DNA from: Squalus acanthias
Taxonomy: Eukaryota
Assembly (NCBI GenBank): GCA_030390025.1
Contig: CM059432.1
Location: 80,974,001-81,038,000 of the forward strand
DNA: 64,000 nucleotides
Reading direction: 5' to 3'
In this document: positions 36,561 through 50,085 of the stretch, in pieces
How positions within the stretch are numbered: the first letter of the stretch is position 1
Layout: every line of letters starts with the position of its first letter
Program-made: the position numbers and the translations under genes
Notes under the pieces: model-generated
What the model was told of the DNA's origin: nothing
The model's database searches: none
The model's input: only the letters and a program-made list of their open reading frames with translations

Positions 36561-38399
36561 TGTGTATATTTCTATATATATAAATAATTAGAAATGCCCA
36601 TATCTCCATAGAAATTGCAATCAGCATCCTCCAATAGTCGTTAGGCCCTGATTTGCATATTTACGTTGTTTCTTGTCTGTTTTGGTTGGGGGTGCTGCAC
36701 GGCCATTTAAAGGCCTACCTGAAATTGAATGAGGCGGGGGCAAATGGTTGCACAAGTTCCCCAGCAGATATTCCTCTGCCAGTTTCCCACTTTTCAGGTG
36801 AGTAATGGGCTGCGGCAAGTGAAAATACTGAGCCAATCGACAGATGCTGAGGGTGCGAGCTGGGGTTTGAACTCATCCAGCGGAAGGGGTACTTGGAATG
36901 AATTGAGCTGAAGCAGCTAACAGTCTTCGTGTTATTTTGCAGTTGACTTTCTTGAATAAATTGTTGGTGACAGTATATTGATCAAAAGTCATTTTTATTC
37001 TAATCAATTTCATTTTCTTTTATTTGTAATGAGATCGAGGAGATGATTACAAATCAACTGGTGTCAAGGAGCAGCTCAAAACATTTATAATCGACATTTG
37101 ATATATTGATATATTTTTAATCTTTAAAAAATAGAAAAGACAAAGTGACATTTGGATTTGTATTCGACCAACCAGACCATTGCTTCCCCAAAAGCTACCT
37201 TAACATGTTACTCTCCTACATCTAACCTGTTCCTGCTCGGTCAGGGGAGGCCTAAACTTTCCCTGTCAGGCCCATAGGAGCACACATGCTCCTCTTGGCC
37301 CCATGGGGAAAGTAAATCAAAAAAAAATTAAAATGACTATTTTTGGCCCGTTCTTGTCCGGAATCATCATTCTGCTAGGTTCACCTAGCAGGAAAGCTAC
37401 AATGAGCTCCCCACTCAGGCCACCGGTTAAAATAGCATTCGGGTCCAAATGATGTAAATGGAGCTCGATCTGCATATTTGAAGAAGGACACATCACATTT
37501 TTGGCTCCTGTCCTTACCACTTGCTCAGAAGAGCAGGATAAAATTAAAGACTGCGGGAAGAGAGCTGGACTTTGGCGGGTAAGTCTTCTGGTCAATTTTA
37601 ACTGCCTTCCTGACGGGCAGGTGGGGTTAAAAATGAATCTAAAAATGCAAGCAGTCGAATACAAAAGAACCTAATATGTAAATATTAAAATTCACACATT
37701 TTAATTTTGCAGTAGCTAAGCTATTTCAGCATGAAATTTGGCTCTGTACTGGCTGTTTTGTAGGCGCTAATCGGCCTCCTGAAGGTTGAAAATCGGGCCC
37801 TAGATACGCACTCACGCACGTATGCACACTTCCAACGGGAAGTTAGCTGCCAACCTAAACATTTGATACATTTGCGGATTTGTCAGTGGTTGGAAATGTG
37901 ACTGTGTGCGTCTCTCATAAGCAGCATAACTCCTGTTAGTAGAGTCGCACATGGCATTAGTATTGGAAGCCACAAAGGTATCTCTGACCCATTCTCTCAC
38001 TATCTGAGCTAAATAACAATTGTAGAAATTTAAAACTGAGAATACTCATTCAACAAAATGAAGGGAAATTATACATCGAGGCATATGTTTAATTCTGATG
38101 AGAGATTTTTGGGAAGGTTGGTAGTTTACATGGACTCTTATTTGCTTCTCTCAAAGTCACTCATTTATGAGAACTGAGTGATGAATGTTCTCTTCATAGA
38201 CTGCACCTGACAAGTGTCATGAGTGCAAATCAGCAGACAGGATAGATGTTTCTGCTGACAGAAGACCCAGTTGGACTGCTGGGCAGTGAGCCAAAATGGT
38301 TAAAGATTGACTAAGACAGCCAATACAATTTACTTAGAGGTGAAGTAAAAGGCATTTCATTTCTACAAAAATTTTACCACTTTTTAGAAATAGACCAAA

Positions 38400-38512
38400 T
38401 TAGTTTCCCTACATTACAACAGTGACTACACTTCAGAAGTGCCTCATTTAGCTGTAAAGTGCTGAATGTCCTGAAATAGTGAAAGGTGCTATATAAATGC
38501 AAGTCTTTTTCT
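38400..38512 (+). mobile_element. DeuSINE (SacSINE1-like) 3' tail
   Basis: CCTACATTACAACAGTGACTACACTTCA...GAAAGGTGCTATATAAATGCAAGTC. Confidence 0.8.
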
Positions 38513-39244
38513 TTATTTTTTTGTTTTTCTTTCTTTTGTCAGAATTCAATCTTGTCTTACCTCTTAATTGGTGAGACAAGCAGTCTGGACTTTTTTTTAA
38601 AATTAGTCAATTTTTCAAGTTGGAAAACTGTTTGAGGATGCACTGGCCATTTTATTTTCATAATGTTATATGTACTAGCAGATCTCCTGTGGTGTTGCTC
38701 AAAGTAAGTCAGTAAATACATTGTGTTGTAAGGACAGATGGGTTATACCATGTAATGCACATTGTATTATTTTGCTGCCAAGGCGGACCTTGACCCTTTA
38801 AGATCATAGAGTCTAATTTCTATAAATAGGCACATCCTAATGCTAATGAATGGCCAATTTCTCTTATGAATATTGCAAGTCAATTAAATAGCAATTGTTT
38901 CCCTGTAGATTGGCAGTTGGTTGTAAATCATTGCCCCCACCCCCGACCAAATCACCAAGTTCAGAAAAACCAGGAGTTACTGATTGGCACATTTTCTCTT
39001 TTTTAAGACACTTTCTTTCAAACATTGTTTTTACATCTCTAACCAAATATGGTACTTTGAAGTGTGACATTTGAAATGTGATAGATTCAAAACTTGAATA
39101 TATATTAAACGATTATGTGCACAAGCACTCCATACTTCACATTTACCCCTTGCATTACAATTTTGTCACGCTTCTTCACCTCTCTAAGTAAGCTGAACTA
39201 TCCAGATGTACCATTACACTTCGCTTTCAGTCCTCCCTACACGA

Positions 39245-39324
39245 GGCTGCCTGACCTGCTGAGTATTTCCAGCATTTTCTGTTTTTATTTCAGATTTCTA
39301 GCATCCGCAGTATTTTGCTTTTGT
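39245..39324 (+). mobile_element. Penelope-like element 3' tip (family 2)
   Basis: GCTGCCTGACCTGCTGAGTATTTCCAGCATTTTCTGTTTTTATTTCAGATTT; same family as 11195-11310. Confidence 0.7.
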
Positions 39325-39419
39325 CCTGGGCGATGCTGTTGTCTCTAAACTGCGTCACACGACTTTATCTACAACCAACTTTTCTGTTTTGTTATATTTT
39401 AAAAATTAATGGAACTTTT

Positions 39420-40140
39420 AACTGTGGGGCGAGTCTCAAATGAGTGAAATAAATGCACCCTCAGCAGATGGAACCGGGCTTCAGGTGAGCTGTGCCAGCT
39501 GCAAATCAATTAAATAAATGTGGCCTCAGAACTCAAGTTGGACTTCAGTGGGGCCAACTAACTTCAAATTAATGAAATTAATAAATGTTCCCTGACTAAA
39601 TGGAATTGGACTTCAAGGGGAGTAGACCAGCCATGAAGTAATGAAACAAATGTGCCCTTAATAGATGGGATTGGGCTTTGGGGGAGCCAGCCAGCCAGCC
39701 TTGAATTAAATAAATAAATGTGCCTGCTGTAATCGGACTCCATGCAGAACGGGACATCTGCAAATTAATGGGTTAAATAAATGTGGCTTGAATAAATGTA
39801 AATAGGCTTCGGGGGAGCAGGCCAACTGTGAATTAATGAGTTAAATAAATATGCTCTGAATAAATACAATTGGGCCGGCCAGCTACAAATGAATGAATTA
39901 TATAAATTGGGGCTGAATACGTGAAACTGAGCTTCAGGAGAGCAGGCCAGCTGCAAATTGATTAATTAAATAGACATGCAGAACAAATCGAATTAGGTTT
40001 TGGCGAGCATCAGGAAAGCCACAACTAATTAATTAACTAAATGTACCCTGAATAAATGCAGTGTGGCTTTGGGGGTGGAGTCGGCTAGCTGAAAATTAAT
40101 TAGATAAATAAATGGAGGCTGAATCAATGAAATTGAGCTG
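39420..40140. repeat. Highly diverged tandem repeat, unit about 60-66 bp, about 11 copies
   Basis: Recurrent AATTAAATAAATGTG(C/G)C...GGGCTTCAG/GG...GCCAGCTG(C)A. Confidence 0.75.
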
Positions 40141-41242
40141 TCTGCTCCTCCAGTACAATCTCACTTCATCCTTCATTTGTAAAAACAATTGCCTCCATCA
40201 GACCTTCAACCTCGACAATTTCACTCCATCCCTCATTTGTGAGCAGACGTACCTGCTCTTTAAATATTATTTAGATTTTTATATGTTTATAAAAAGCCTC
40301 ACAAACTTTTTTTCATATTCCCTTTTAGTCTTTCTAATCTCCCTTTTCACTTCCCGACTACACTTTCTATATTCTTCCTAATTATCTTTTGTCTTATGGC
40401 CTTACCTTTGTTATATGTTTACTTTTAATCTCTCTATTTATCCATGGAACTCTCTACTTTGATGCACCCCTATTTGCTTTATAGAAATATATTTATTTTG
40501 TCCTCTATCTATCTTGTATTTCAAGATTCCCACTGCTGATCGATCGACCTGTTTGCTAACTTTTCAGCACAGATAATTTGGGCCAGATCCCTTCTTATCT
40601 CACTGAACATTGCTTTTTTCAGTCCAGCCCCCTTATCTTTGACCCTTTATCCTTTTATATTCTTGCATTGGACCGAACTATGTTGTGGTCACAATTCCCA
40701 ATTGTTCTCTTACTCTCACATCGATTATTTGTCTCATTTCAGTTCCAAGAATTAAATCAAGCAATGCTTCTTATTGGACTAGAAACATACTGATCTAGGA
40801 AGCAGTCCTGGCTGCATTCTAAAAACTTTCCCCATTTTGATCACATCCATTGGCCCATAATTTACAGTCAGCGGCGAAGCACAGATCTCGCGATCTCTGT
40901 GGCAAGAAGTTCGGCTTTTCCAACATGCAGTTGAAATCAGTGCAAGTTAATGGGGAATCGATAACTCGAGCTGCTGTGACATCAACAAGCTGTCTAAGCA
41001 GCCAATCACAATGCAGAATTTTCACAGAACGAGAACCAGGAAGTGAGTAAGTTCCTTTGATTCTAACTTTTAAAAAATGTTACAGAAAGCAAAACAAAGA
41101 TTGTGGCTCTCACCTGGGGACAAGGTAAACCTGAAATAAAGATGAACAAACTTTTTAAAATAATTTTATTTTAAGTTTCTTAAAAATGTTAATTTTTATT
41201 AAAATGGATACATTTGACACTCCACAAAATTAAGATTAGTTT

Positions 41243-44053
41243 TAAGAACGTAAGAATTAGGAGCAGGAGTAGGCCATTTGGCCCTTCGAGCTTGCTCCGC
41301 CATTCAATAAGATCATGGCTGATCTTCTACCTCAACTCCACTTTCCTGCACTATCCCCAAATCCCTTGATTCCCTTAATATTCAAAAATCTGTCGATCTT
41401 TGTCTTGAATATACTCAACGACTGAGCCTCCACAGTCCTCTGGGGTAGAGAATTCCAAAGATTCACCACCCTCTGAGTGAAAAAATTTCTCCTCATCTCA
41501 GTCCTAAATGGTCGACCCCTTATTCTGAGTCTGTGACCCCTGGTTCTAGACTCCCCAGCCAGGGGAAACATCCTCCCTGCATCTACCCTGTCAAGCTCTG
41601 TAACAATTTTGTATGTTTCAATGAGATCACCTCTCATTCTTCTAAACTCTCGAGAATATAGGCCTAGTCTACTCCATCTCTCCTCATAGGACAATCCCCC
41701 CATCCCAGGAACCAGTCTGGTGAACCTTCGTTGCACTCCCTCTATGGCAAGTATATCCTTCCTTAGGTAAGGAGACCAAAAATGTACACAATACTCCTGG
41801 TGTGGTCTCACCAGGGACCTATATAATTGCAGTAAGAGGTCTTTACTCTTATACTCAAATCCTCTTGTAATAAAGGCCAACATACCATTTGCTTTCCTAA
41901 TTGCTTGCTGTACCTGCATGTTAACTTTCAGTGATTTGTGTACAAGGACACCCAGATCTCTCTGAGCACCAACATTTCCCAATCTCTCACCATTTAAAAA
42001 ATACTCTGCTTTTCTATTTTTCCTACCAAAGTGGATAACTTCACATTTCTCCACATTATATTCCATTTGCCATATTCTTGCCCACTCACTTAGCCTGTCT
42101 ATATCCCCTTGAAGCCTCCTTGCATCCCCCTCACAACTTACATTCCCACCCAGCTTTGTATCATCAGCAAACTTGGATATATTACATTTGGTCCCCTCAT
42201 CCAAATCATTGATGTAGATTGTGAATAGCTGAGGCCCAAGCACTGATCCTTGCCGTAGTCCGCTAGTTATAGCCTGCCAACCCGAAAACTACCCGTTTAT
42301 TCCTACTCTCTGTTTTCTGTCAGTTAACCAATCCTCAAGCCATGCTAGTATATTACCCACAATCCCATGAGCCCTAATTTTGTTTAATAACCTCTTGTGT
42401 GGCACCTTATCGAATGCCTTCTGAAAATCCAAATACACCACATCCACTGGTTCCCCCTTATCTATTCTGCTCGTTACAACCTCAAAAAACTCTAACAGAT
42501 TTGTCAAACCAGATTTCCCTTTGATAAATCTGTGTTGACTCTGCCTAATCCTATTATTATTTTCTAAGTGCCCTGTTACCATGTCCTTAATAATAGATTC
42601 TAGCATTTTCCCTGCTACTGATGTCAGGCTAACTGGTCTGTAGTTCACTGTTTTCTCTCTTCCTCCTTTCTTAAATAGTGGGGTTACATTTGCTACCTTC
42701 CAATCTGCAGGAACCGTTTCAAAATCTATGGAATTTTGGAAAATAACAGCCAATGCATCCACTATCTCTATAGCCACCTCTTTCAAAATCCTAGGATGTA
42801 GGCCATCAGGTCCAGGGGATTTATCGGCTTTCAGTCCCATTAATTTCTCCAGTACTATTTTTTACTGATGCTAATTTCTTTCAGTTCCTCATTCTTGCTA
42901 GACCCTTGGTTCTCCACTATTTCCGGGAAGTTTTTTGCGTCGTCTTCAGTGAAGACAGACACAAAGGCTGCGATTTTTCCTATTGATGTGGCTTGGGGGT
43001 GGGACAGCTGCCTTCCAGGTTCCAGTCCCGCCCCCAATGACATCAGACGCACAGACGCGATTTTGCATCAATTGGCCTTGTTAAGCCCACCCTGTGGGCT
43101 TGCCGGCCAATTAAGAGGAAGCCGGTGTCAGATGATGTCAGTTGATGACGTGTAATCTGCCGGTTTTCTTAAAGTGGCCATGCACAATTTTTTTTGACAG
43201 CTAATTTTTCAGTGTTTGACAGCATTGAGGTGCTGCAAACACTGACAAACACTGACAATCACTGTACAAAGGTGAGCCCAGGCTCTCCAGTGACTCCCTC
43301 CTTAGGCTAGAACAGATGGCAGCTGCAGGTGAGGTTACAGAAGCGATCTGTCACTGGTGATAGAGGTTCTCCCAATGAGGTGGGACTACACACACAATCC
43401 AAAACTTATTACCTGCTGAAAAGTGTAAATGCATTAAAAATGATTTTCCCAACATTTTCTTAGCTCTGAAACTCACCAGTGCACCATTGGATCCTTCACA
43501 CCACTTCTGCAGCTGTCATCAATGCAGAAACATTACAGTAGATCCACAGCACGCCACACTTACCTGGTGTGGTGTCCGGACGTCGGGAAGCCCGCAGTAG
43601 ACCTGTCAAAATTGCAAAAAGCCTCTTAACTGCCTGTTAACAACCTGTTAACAAGCAGTTAAGTGCCTATAATCCTCTTCTTGCCGCTAGGTGTCGGGTC
43701 CATGCGCAAATTGGGGACCCGACACCTGGGAAGATTGTTTGGAGGCTGCTTGACAGCAGGTTTCTGACCCACTGTCAATCTTTGAGATTTTTTCGGATGT
43801 CCCGCCTCCAAACCCGCCCCCTGAGCGCCGGCAAAATTCAGGCCAAAGTATTTGTTTAATTTCTCTGCCATTTCCTTATTCCCCATTATAATATCTCCTG
43901 TCTCAGCCTGTAAAGGACCCACATTTACTTTCGCTAATCTGTTCTTTTTTACATACCTATAGAAGCTTTTACAGTCTGTTTTTATGTCTCTCACTAATTT
44001 ACTCTCATATTCTATTTTCCCTTTCTTTATCAATTTTTTGGTCCTCCTTTGCT
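41243..44053 (-). mobile_element. CR1 LINE, 5'-truncated, well preserved
   Basis: ORFs 43659..44033, 42289..42840 (KSPGPDGLHPR, NYRPVSL, DFQKAFDKVPH) and 41332..42243 (FADD to C-terminus), plus 3' UTR. Confidence 0.96.
42966..43844. mobile_element. Harbinger-derived MITE inserted in CR1 ORF2
   Basis: TSD AAA (42963-65, 43845-47) duplicates a Phe codon: LNKYF | FVSVFTEDD. Ends GGCTGCGATTTT / AAAATTCAGGCC. Confidence 0.92.
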
Positions 44054-44616
44054 TAAAATTTTCAGGGCCATAATATTTGTTTAGCAGTCAATACACTGTT
44101 AAAACCACAGTTACACCTCATCCAAAAAGGTCTAACTTTTAATGGGGTATTCAACAGCGATAATACCGTGGAAGACCTGAAGTTTTCGTCAGTCTCCCTG
44201 ATTTGACTGATTACACTGATTACCGGCTGTGGTGGGAAGGGCTACAGCGCAGCCAGTGCCAGAGCAGTGAATGACTGGCCACAACTTCAGGATTTCCGTG
44301 TTAGGATGCGCTACATCCTGAAGTTGCGGTCAGTTTCAAAGGGGAAATTACAGAATGCTGTTCGTTTGCTGTTATTACCCACCGCAAATTCTAGGCCATT
44401 ACCTTCATCTCCGTCTATTTAGGGATAGTTAAAATCGCTCAATATTATTTGCCTGTTGTTCTTGTGTATCTCTCTGAACTGGATGGACATCTCCCCCACT
44501 TTCTCCTCTCTAGTGTTTGATGGCCTGTATGCATCCCAAGAATTGTACCACTTCCCTTCCTATTTCTTAACTCTATACAATGGACTCTGCCTTAATGCCA
44601 GCCTAAAAGTCATAAT

Positions 44617-45378
44617 GGACCATAATTTGCTATCAAAATAATGGTGAGGCTAATGCCGTTTGCTGTTATGTATGTGCAGATGGTACAGCAACTTTAGGCG
44701 AGGGGCAGATGCGTGGTTCAACTGAAATATCCAAAAGTTGCTGTCCGAGTTGCTTTGCTAGTTTCACAAAAACAGCATCTCGCTTTCTGCTTCGCCATTG
44801 AAATGCATGAAGTTGCTGTATTTGCCTGGTAGATATGAACTAAACTCGCCACAGAAAGTTAAGTCTTGTTCATTTCAGTCTAGGTGCCCTTTTAACGATG
44901 TGATAAATGTTAATTACTGCCAGTCAACCACTCTGACATTGAAAATTAACTCTTACAAGTGTGGAGTCTCATTCATTCAGGTTTTAAGTGTTGTTGGAGA
45001 TTTTACAAATGCAAATTTTTAATTTGAATTATTTTTTACTTTCCCTTTCTGTCTCTTTTTTTCTCTCTCTCTCTATCTCTTAATCCAATCTTTCTTTCCT
45101 CTCTCTAGTTCTCTTTCTGTACCTGATTTGAGATTGAATTCAGCCACTCTAATTCCTTCTCAGTCCTTGCGCTGTTAATTTCACAATCCTTCAATCTGAT
45201 TGGTTAAGGAGATACATAGTGGCTTGCCCTGTTCACTCAGGTCCCAGATGCCTGGTTTCCCTCGCTGCAACATTTTCAGCAAATTGCCACGCAAAAAATG
45301 TAAATGCTTAAACGTGCAAGGGCCAGTCTAACTAATGGCAGACTCTGTTAGATGCCCTGCCACAGCAAATTATGGCCC
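44617..45378. mobile_element. Harbinger-type MITE
   Basis: 15-bp TIR GGACCATAATTTGCT / AGCAAATTATGGCCC (1 mismatch). TSD not preserved. Confidence 0.8.
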
Positions 45379-46273
45379 CTTATGTTCTAGTGCTGTGATA
45401 GAGCTTTTCATTAATGCAGCCACCCCACTCCCCTTTTTTCCTTTCCTATGTCTCTTGAAAATATTATAATCAGGAATTTGAGTTTCCAGTCTTGCCCAAA
45501 CCTAAGCCGCATCTCCATTGTAGCTACTATGTCATATCCCTCCATCGTTATTTATGCTTCTAACAACTTTATTTTGAATGCTTTGTGCATTCACATACAA
45601 ATCAGTTAATCGTGACTCCAATTATTTTGATAATTGACCCTTATTCATTTTCCAGATTTTCTCGTTCTATTTTTTGAAGACCCTCGGTCCTTCTCCAACA
45701 CTGTATTTATCTCTCAGACTCAGAGCCTGTTTATTTCTCTTCTCTAATAATATTTCTCATATTTATTTCAGCAAAGCCTGCCACCTCTATTCTAAGAGCT
45801 TTATTAATCCTGCTCTTTCTCTCTAGATTCAAATCTGCACTTTCCCCACACCTGCCATATTAGTTTAAATTCTGTTCCACTGCACTGCTCTATTTACCCT
45901 CTCCACGAAGACATTGATGCCACTTCAGTTCAGGTGAAGGCCGTTCCTTCAATGTCACCTTCCCTTGTTCCAGAACTTGCTCCAGTGCTCCAAGGATGTG
46001 AACCCCTCCTTCCAGCTCTGCAGCTATGCATTGACCTTCCTAATCTTCCTCTCCTTAACCTGTCCAGCACCTAGCACAGGAAGCAATCCAGAGGTTACTG
46101 TCCTTGCGATCTTGTTTTCAATCTAGTGGCTAACTCCTTAAACTCCTTCTGAAAGACCTTAAATGTACCTCTATCTCTGTCATTGTTTCCACATGGACCT
46201 GCCCTTCCCAGAAGTTTTTCAAACCATTCTTTGATGCCCTTCACCTTGACACCTTGACACTAGGGAAGCAAAG

Positions 46274-46880
46274 TCTTCTGAGGCAGTCCCTCGGAACCGA
46301 GGATGACTTGCTTCCACGCTAAAAATGAGTTCTCAGGTGACTGATGAGTCCAATGCGGGACCTACAGTCTCTGTCACAGGTAGGGCAGATGGTGGGTGGG
46401 TGGGGTGCTTGGGTTGACGTGCGTTCCTTCCGCTGTTTGCACTTGGCTTCCGTTTGCTCCCCGCAAAGAGACTTGAGGTGTTCGGCACCTTCCCGGATGC
46501 TTCTCCTCCACTTTGTGCGGTCTTGGGCCAGGGATTCCCAGGTGTCGAAGGGGATGTTGCACTTTTTCAAGGAGGCTTTGAGGGTGTCCTTGAAGCGTTT
46601 CCTCTGCCCACTTGGGGCTCTCCTGCCATGTCGGAGCTCCGAGTAGAGTGCTTGTTTTGGGAGTCTCGTATCGGGCATGCGGACGATGTGGCCCATCCAT
46701 CGGAGCTGATTGAGTGTTGTCAAAGCTTCGATGTTGGCATGAGCGAGAACACTGATGTTGGTGCGCCTATCCTGCCAATGGATTTGCAGGGTCTTGCGGA
46801 GGCAGCGTTGGTGGTACCTCTCCAGTGCTTTGAGGTGCCTGCTGTACATGGTCCATGTCTCTGAGGCATACAGCAGGGCA
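46274..46880 (-). mobile_element. RTE-clade LINE 3' fragment, same family as 702-1454
   Basis: LLYASETW, LRWMGHIVRMPDTRLPKQALY, RKRFKDTLK, CPTCDRDCRSRIGLISHLRTH (C2H2 finger). Confidence 0.93.
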
Positions 46881-47349
46881 GGTATCCTCAAAGGAGGTTA
46901 GGGCTGCCGTTGCCCCAGGCACCCCGCCCCCACCAACTCCGCGTTTGCGAAACCTCCTGAACTCCCACCAACAACCTACCCTGTATATCCACCGGCCAGG
47001 ACTCGGCAAGCTGGCACATCTGGTGGGCAGCTCGGCGCATCTATCTTAATGAGGCCTGGCTGTTAAAATGGACTGGGCCTCTCGAAGCACCTCCCAGGTG
47101 GCAGGTCTGCACGTTCCATTGGCCGATTACCCCGGAGTTAATATGACCCCTTATGTATTCCTGCACCTCTGAATCCGATCTCCCTCTGCTGGCCGTTAGG
47201 ATGCTCCCCCACTACTCCCCTCCTACACTATCCCCATGTCTTGAACTGTCCAGTGCTGTCTCTTAGATGACAGCATTCTGGACAATATTACCCAGAAACC
47301 CCTCCTCCTCTCTACTGCTAAAACTTATAATGAATTACTATGAAGTGGA

Positions 47350-48193
47350 GGGGGGAATTTTGCCAGCCCTGGGGAGGCGGGTATGGAGGCGGGATGGCCG
47401 GGAAAATGGCAGAAACTGGGAGCGGGTACCGAACCCGCTCCCAACCTGCCTCCGTGCCATCTTCCCGGGAGGCTGGTCCCCGACTCGCGCAGGGACCCAT
47501 CTCCTCGAGACGGGAAGGGGATTACAGCCACTTAACTGCCTGTTAACTGGTAGTTAACAGGCAGTTAAGAGGCTTATCCCCATTTTACCCCTGCAAGTGC
47601 GGGCTTCCCGATGGCTGCGAACCTCGCCAGGGTCAGCGAGGCGAGCAGTGGGTCTGCGGGGGTGAGAGGGATCGAAAAGTGCACTGTGGAGGTGAGTGAT
47701 GGGTGCAAGTGTGGAGAGGTAAGTATGAGAGGTGAGTGCAAAGTGTGAGAAAAAGTTTACTTACCTTTGCTTCTTCCTGCAGGCTTCAACCCTTGGGGAT
47801 CCGGAGGTGCCTCCTCTCAATGGCAGAGATGACAGAATGGCTGCTGCATTCTCCGATGCAGCAGCCATCTGATTTCTGCTAAGGAGAGAGGTTTGGTGAG
47901 TCTTCAGTACAAGGGCTCACCTTAGAACAGAGATTGTCAGTGTTTGATAGCTTCTCAAAGCTGTCAAACGCTGACAATTCATCTGTCAAAAATTTTTGAC
48001 AGATGAAACGTCATACGCTGACGTCCTCTGTCACCGGCTTTCCCTTAATTGGCTGGCTAAGCCCGCAGGGCGGGCTTAACAAGGTCAATCAAGGGAAAAT
48101 AGCGTGGATTGGCCGGACGTCGTTGGGGGCGGGACTGAAACCTGACAACCAGCAGTCCCGCCCCCAACGCGCCCCCATTGAGAAAATCCAGCC
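47350..48193. mobile_element. Harbinger-derived MITE related to the 15378/25955/42966 group
   Basis: Ends GGGGGGAATTTTGCC / GAAAATCCAGCC. Shares GCCCGCAGGGCGGGCTTAAC.AGGTCAATCAA with about 16068-16100. Confidence 0.8.
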
Positions 48194-48204
48194 TGTAGTG
48201 ACTG

Positions 48205-48335
48205 TTGCTATGTTGGCAAACACAGCAGCTATTTCATGCACAGAAATATCCTATAAAGAACAATGAAACAAATGACCAGTTAATCTGTTTCTGTGGCATT
48301 GATTAACGGGGAAATGTTGGTCAGGACACCGGGAC
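48205..48335 (-). mobile_element. DeuSINE fragment
   Basis: Reverse complement similar to 51890-52010 (AAATGACCAGTTAATCTGTT, CAGGACACCGGGA). Confidence 0.7.
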
Positions 48336-49199
48336 CAGTGTGCATTAAATGGTCATTGTATTTAGTTTTGGTAAACTAATCTTATTTGTGTGGTGAGTAT
48401 AATTTGTGAATATTAAAATAACCATGCAGCATTTTAGCATTAAGATGTGCAGCAACTATTGGAGACTCTTGGAAAGTTTAGAGGTAGGCCGATGAATTAG
48501 ATTAACACTCTCATAGTCAGCTCCAGGAAAAGCCATTGGAAGCTTTCCTCCAAAATAGAGGCCAAAACCCCCCCCAGCCATTTGATGAATCCCTTTATAT
48601 TAATGCTGCATTAGCCACTGAAAGGTGACCGGTAAAAATAGTAAACTTGAATTTTTTTCAACCAAGTTGGATAGCAGGAGCTGAACCTAATGTTACTCAG
48701 GAATTCCTCACGAGAACAAGTCCATTCATTTAGTGCAGATGTTACCAAGCTTTGGAGATTCATGTACCATTCATACCCCTGCTTTTTCCTCAGGAACTGT
48801 ATATTGTAATCCCCCAAGAAGATGGCAGAGTTCCATCCTATTCATTTTGAAAATTAGGAGAAGAAATTGAGAGAAGTTCAAAATGCTCACCCTGCTTTCA
48901 GTCATGTAGGGATTGTTAGCCTCAAATGGCTAACTACTTCAAGGATCTCTATTTTCACGCAACAGTCAGGAGATGTCACAGAAGTGTCTTTCGTTTTAAC
49001 TGGTACAGCCTCACAGAGCCAGAGGAGGTTCATTATGGGGTGATCCTAGCACAGGGAAATGGACGTTGGCCCCATCTGGTACACAGTAACTGATTGCTGT
49101 TGTACCTGAACCATCTCTAATAGATCAAATGTCCACTTCTAGAGAAACAGTGGGGATTGAAACATCCTGCGCTGTGCTGAGATCACCCTATAATGCATT

Positions 49200-49525
49200 T
49201 CCTCTGGCTATCTCTGTAACCTCCTCCAGCCCTACAACCCTCTGAGATCTCTGCGCTTCTCCAATTCTGGCCTCTTGCTCCACCATTGGTGCCTTCAGCT
49301 GCCTAGACCCTAAGCTCTGGAACTCCCTCCCTAAACCTTTTCACCACTGTACCTCTCTCTCCTCCTTTAAGATGCTCCTTAAAACCTACCTCTTTGACCA
49401 AACTTTTGGTCACCTGTCCTAATATCACCTTATATGACTTGGTGTCAAATTTTGTTAACATTCCTGTGTAGCGCCTTGGGATGTTTTGCTATGTTAAAGG
49501 CGCTATATGAATGCAAGTTGTTGTG
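49200..49525 (+). mobile_element. L2 LINE 3' end
   Basis: CTCTGGAACTCCCTCCC, CTTAAAACCTACCTCTTTGAC, TAAAGGCGCTATATGAATGCAAGTTGTTG. Confidence 0.88.
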
Positions 49526-49683
49526 ACGTGAGGCTGCATCAGTGACTCTTGTTCTTGGCCAGCCCGTCCTCCTTACGCCCCCCCTGATAACCTCATCGTG
49601 TCCCCCCAAGGGAGGCATGCTCCCCAGTTTGGGAACCTCTAATTTAGTGCATAGCTATAGGTATTCTGTCTAAGCTAGCATTG

Positions 49684-50085
49684 ATGCGGAGATGCCGGTG
49701 TTGGACTGGGGTGGACAAAAATGAGAAGTCGCACAACACCAGGTTATAGTCCAACAGTTTTATTTGAAATTACGAGCTTTCGGAGCGCTGCTCCTTCGTC
49801 AGGTACAGTGAGGGAATACGAATCAGTTACAAAGCACATATAGACAGAGAGCAATGTGTCTGCAGAGATACAATCCGTCAGGGAGGCATTACATCAAAGA
49901 CACAGCAGAATACAGCTAAGACAATGAGGTGGGGTCACAGGGGGTCCAACGTGTCAAATGCTGCAGTCTGCAGTTAAGCTTTTTACTTTTTTTTAAACTG
50001 GAAATCACATCTGTGAACAAGACAACGACGACTCTAGTCTGGACTCTAGTCACGTCCTGTAGCGTGACATGAAACCGAGATCCCG
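49684..50085 (-). mobile_element. Penelope-like element (family 1), 5'-truncated
   Basis: 10-bp TSD GCTAGCATTG (49674-83, 50086-95). Minus strand begins with the endonuclease C-terminus RDLGFMSRYRT* and ends in the same terminal repeat as 59189-59315. Confidence 0.88.
49771..49805 (-). ncRNA. Minimal type I hammerhead ribozyme
   Basis: Minus strand: UAC-CUGACGA-A-GGAGC-AGC-GCUCC-GAAA-GCUC^GUA. Complete core, stem I UAC/GUA, stem II GGAGC/GCUCC, palindromic AGCU stem III. Confidence 0.85.

Larger units (their letters stand above)
40852..44397. mobile_element. Harbinger-type MITE (about 735 bp own sequence) hosting a CR1
   Basis: Ends GGCCCATAATTTAC / GCAAATTCTAGGCC. TSD ATT (40849-51, 44398-400). 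Confidence 0.75.
40290..46272 (-). mobile_element. Ancient CR1 5' region (ORF1 end and endonuclease), fragmented by later insertions
   Basis: Pieces 40290-40851, 44398-44616 and 45379-46272 are successively collinear with the CR1 at 60700-62070 (e.g. TTGGGCCAGATCCC, GAAACATACTGATC, TTAGTTTAAA, TTCAGGTG). Confidence 0.75.

Noticed and set aside
38543..38570. 28-nt micro-exon
   Set aside because: The pyrimidine tract is the simple-sequence tail of a DeuSINE and the donor GTGAGA is mediocre.
39420..40140. CRISPR-like array
   Set aside because: Eukaryotic context, no identical repeats with unique spacers, and no cas genes.
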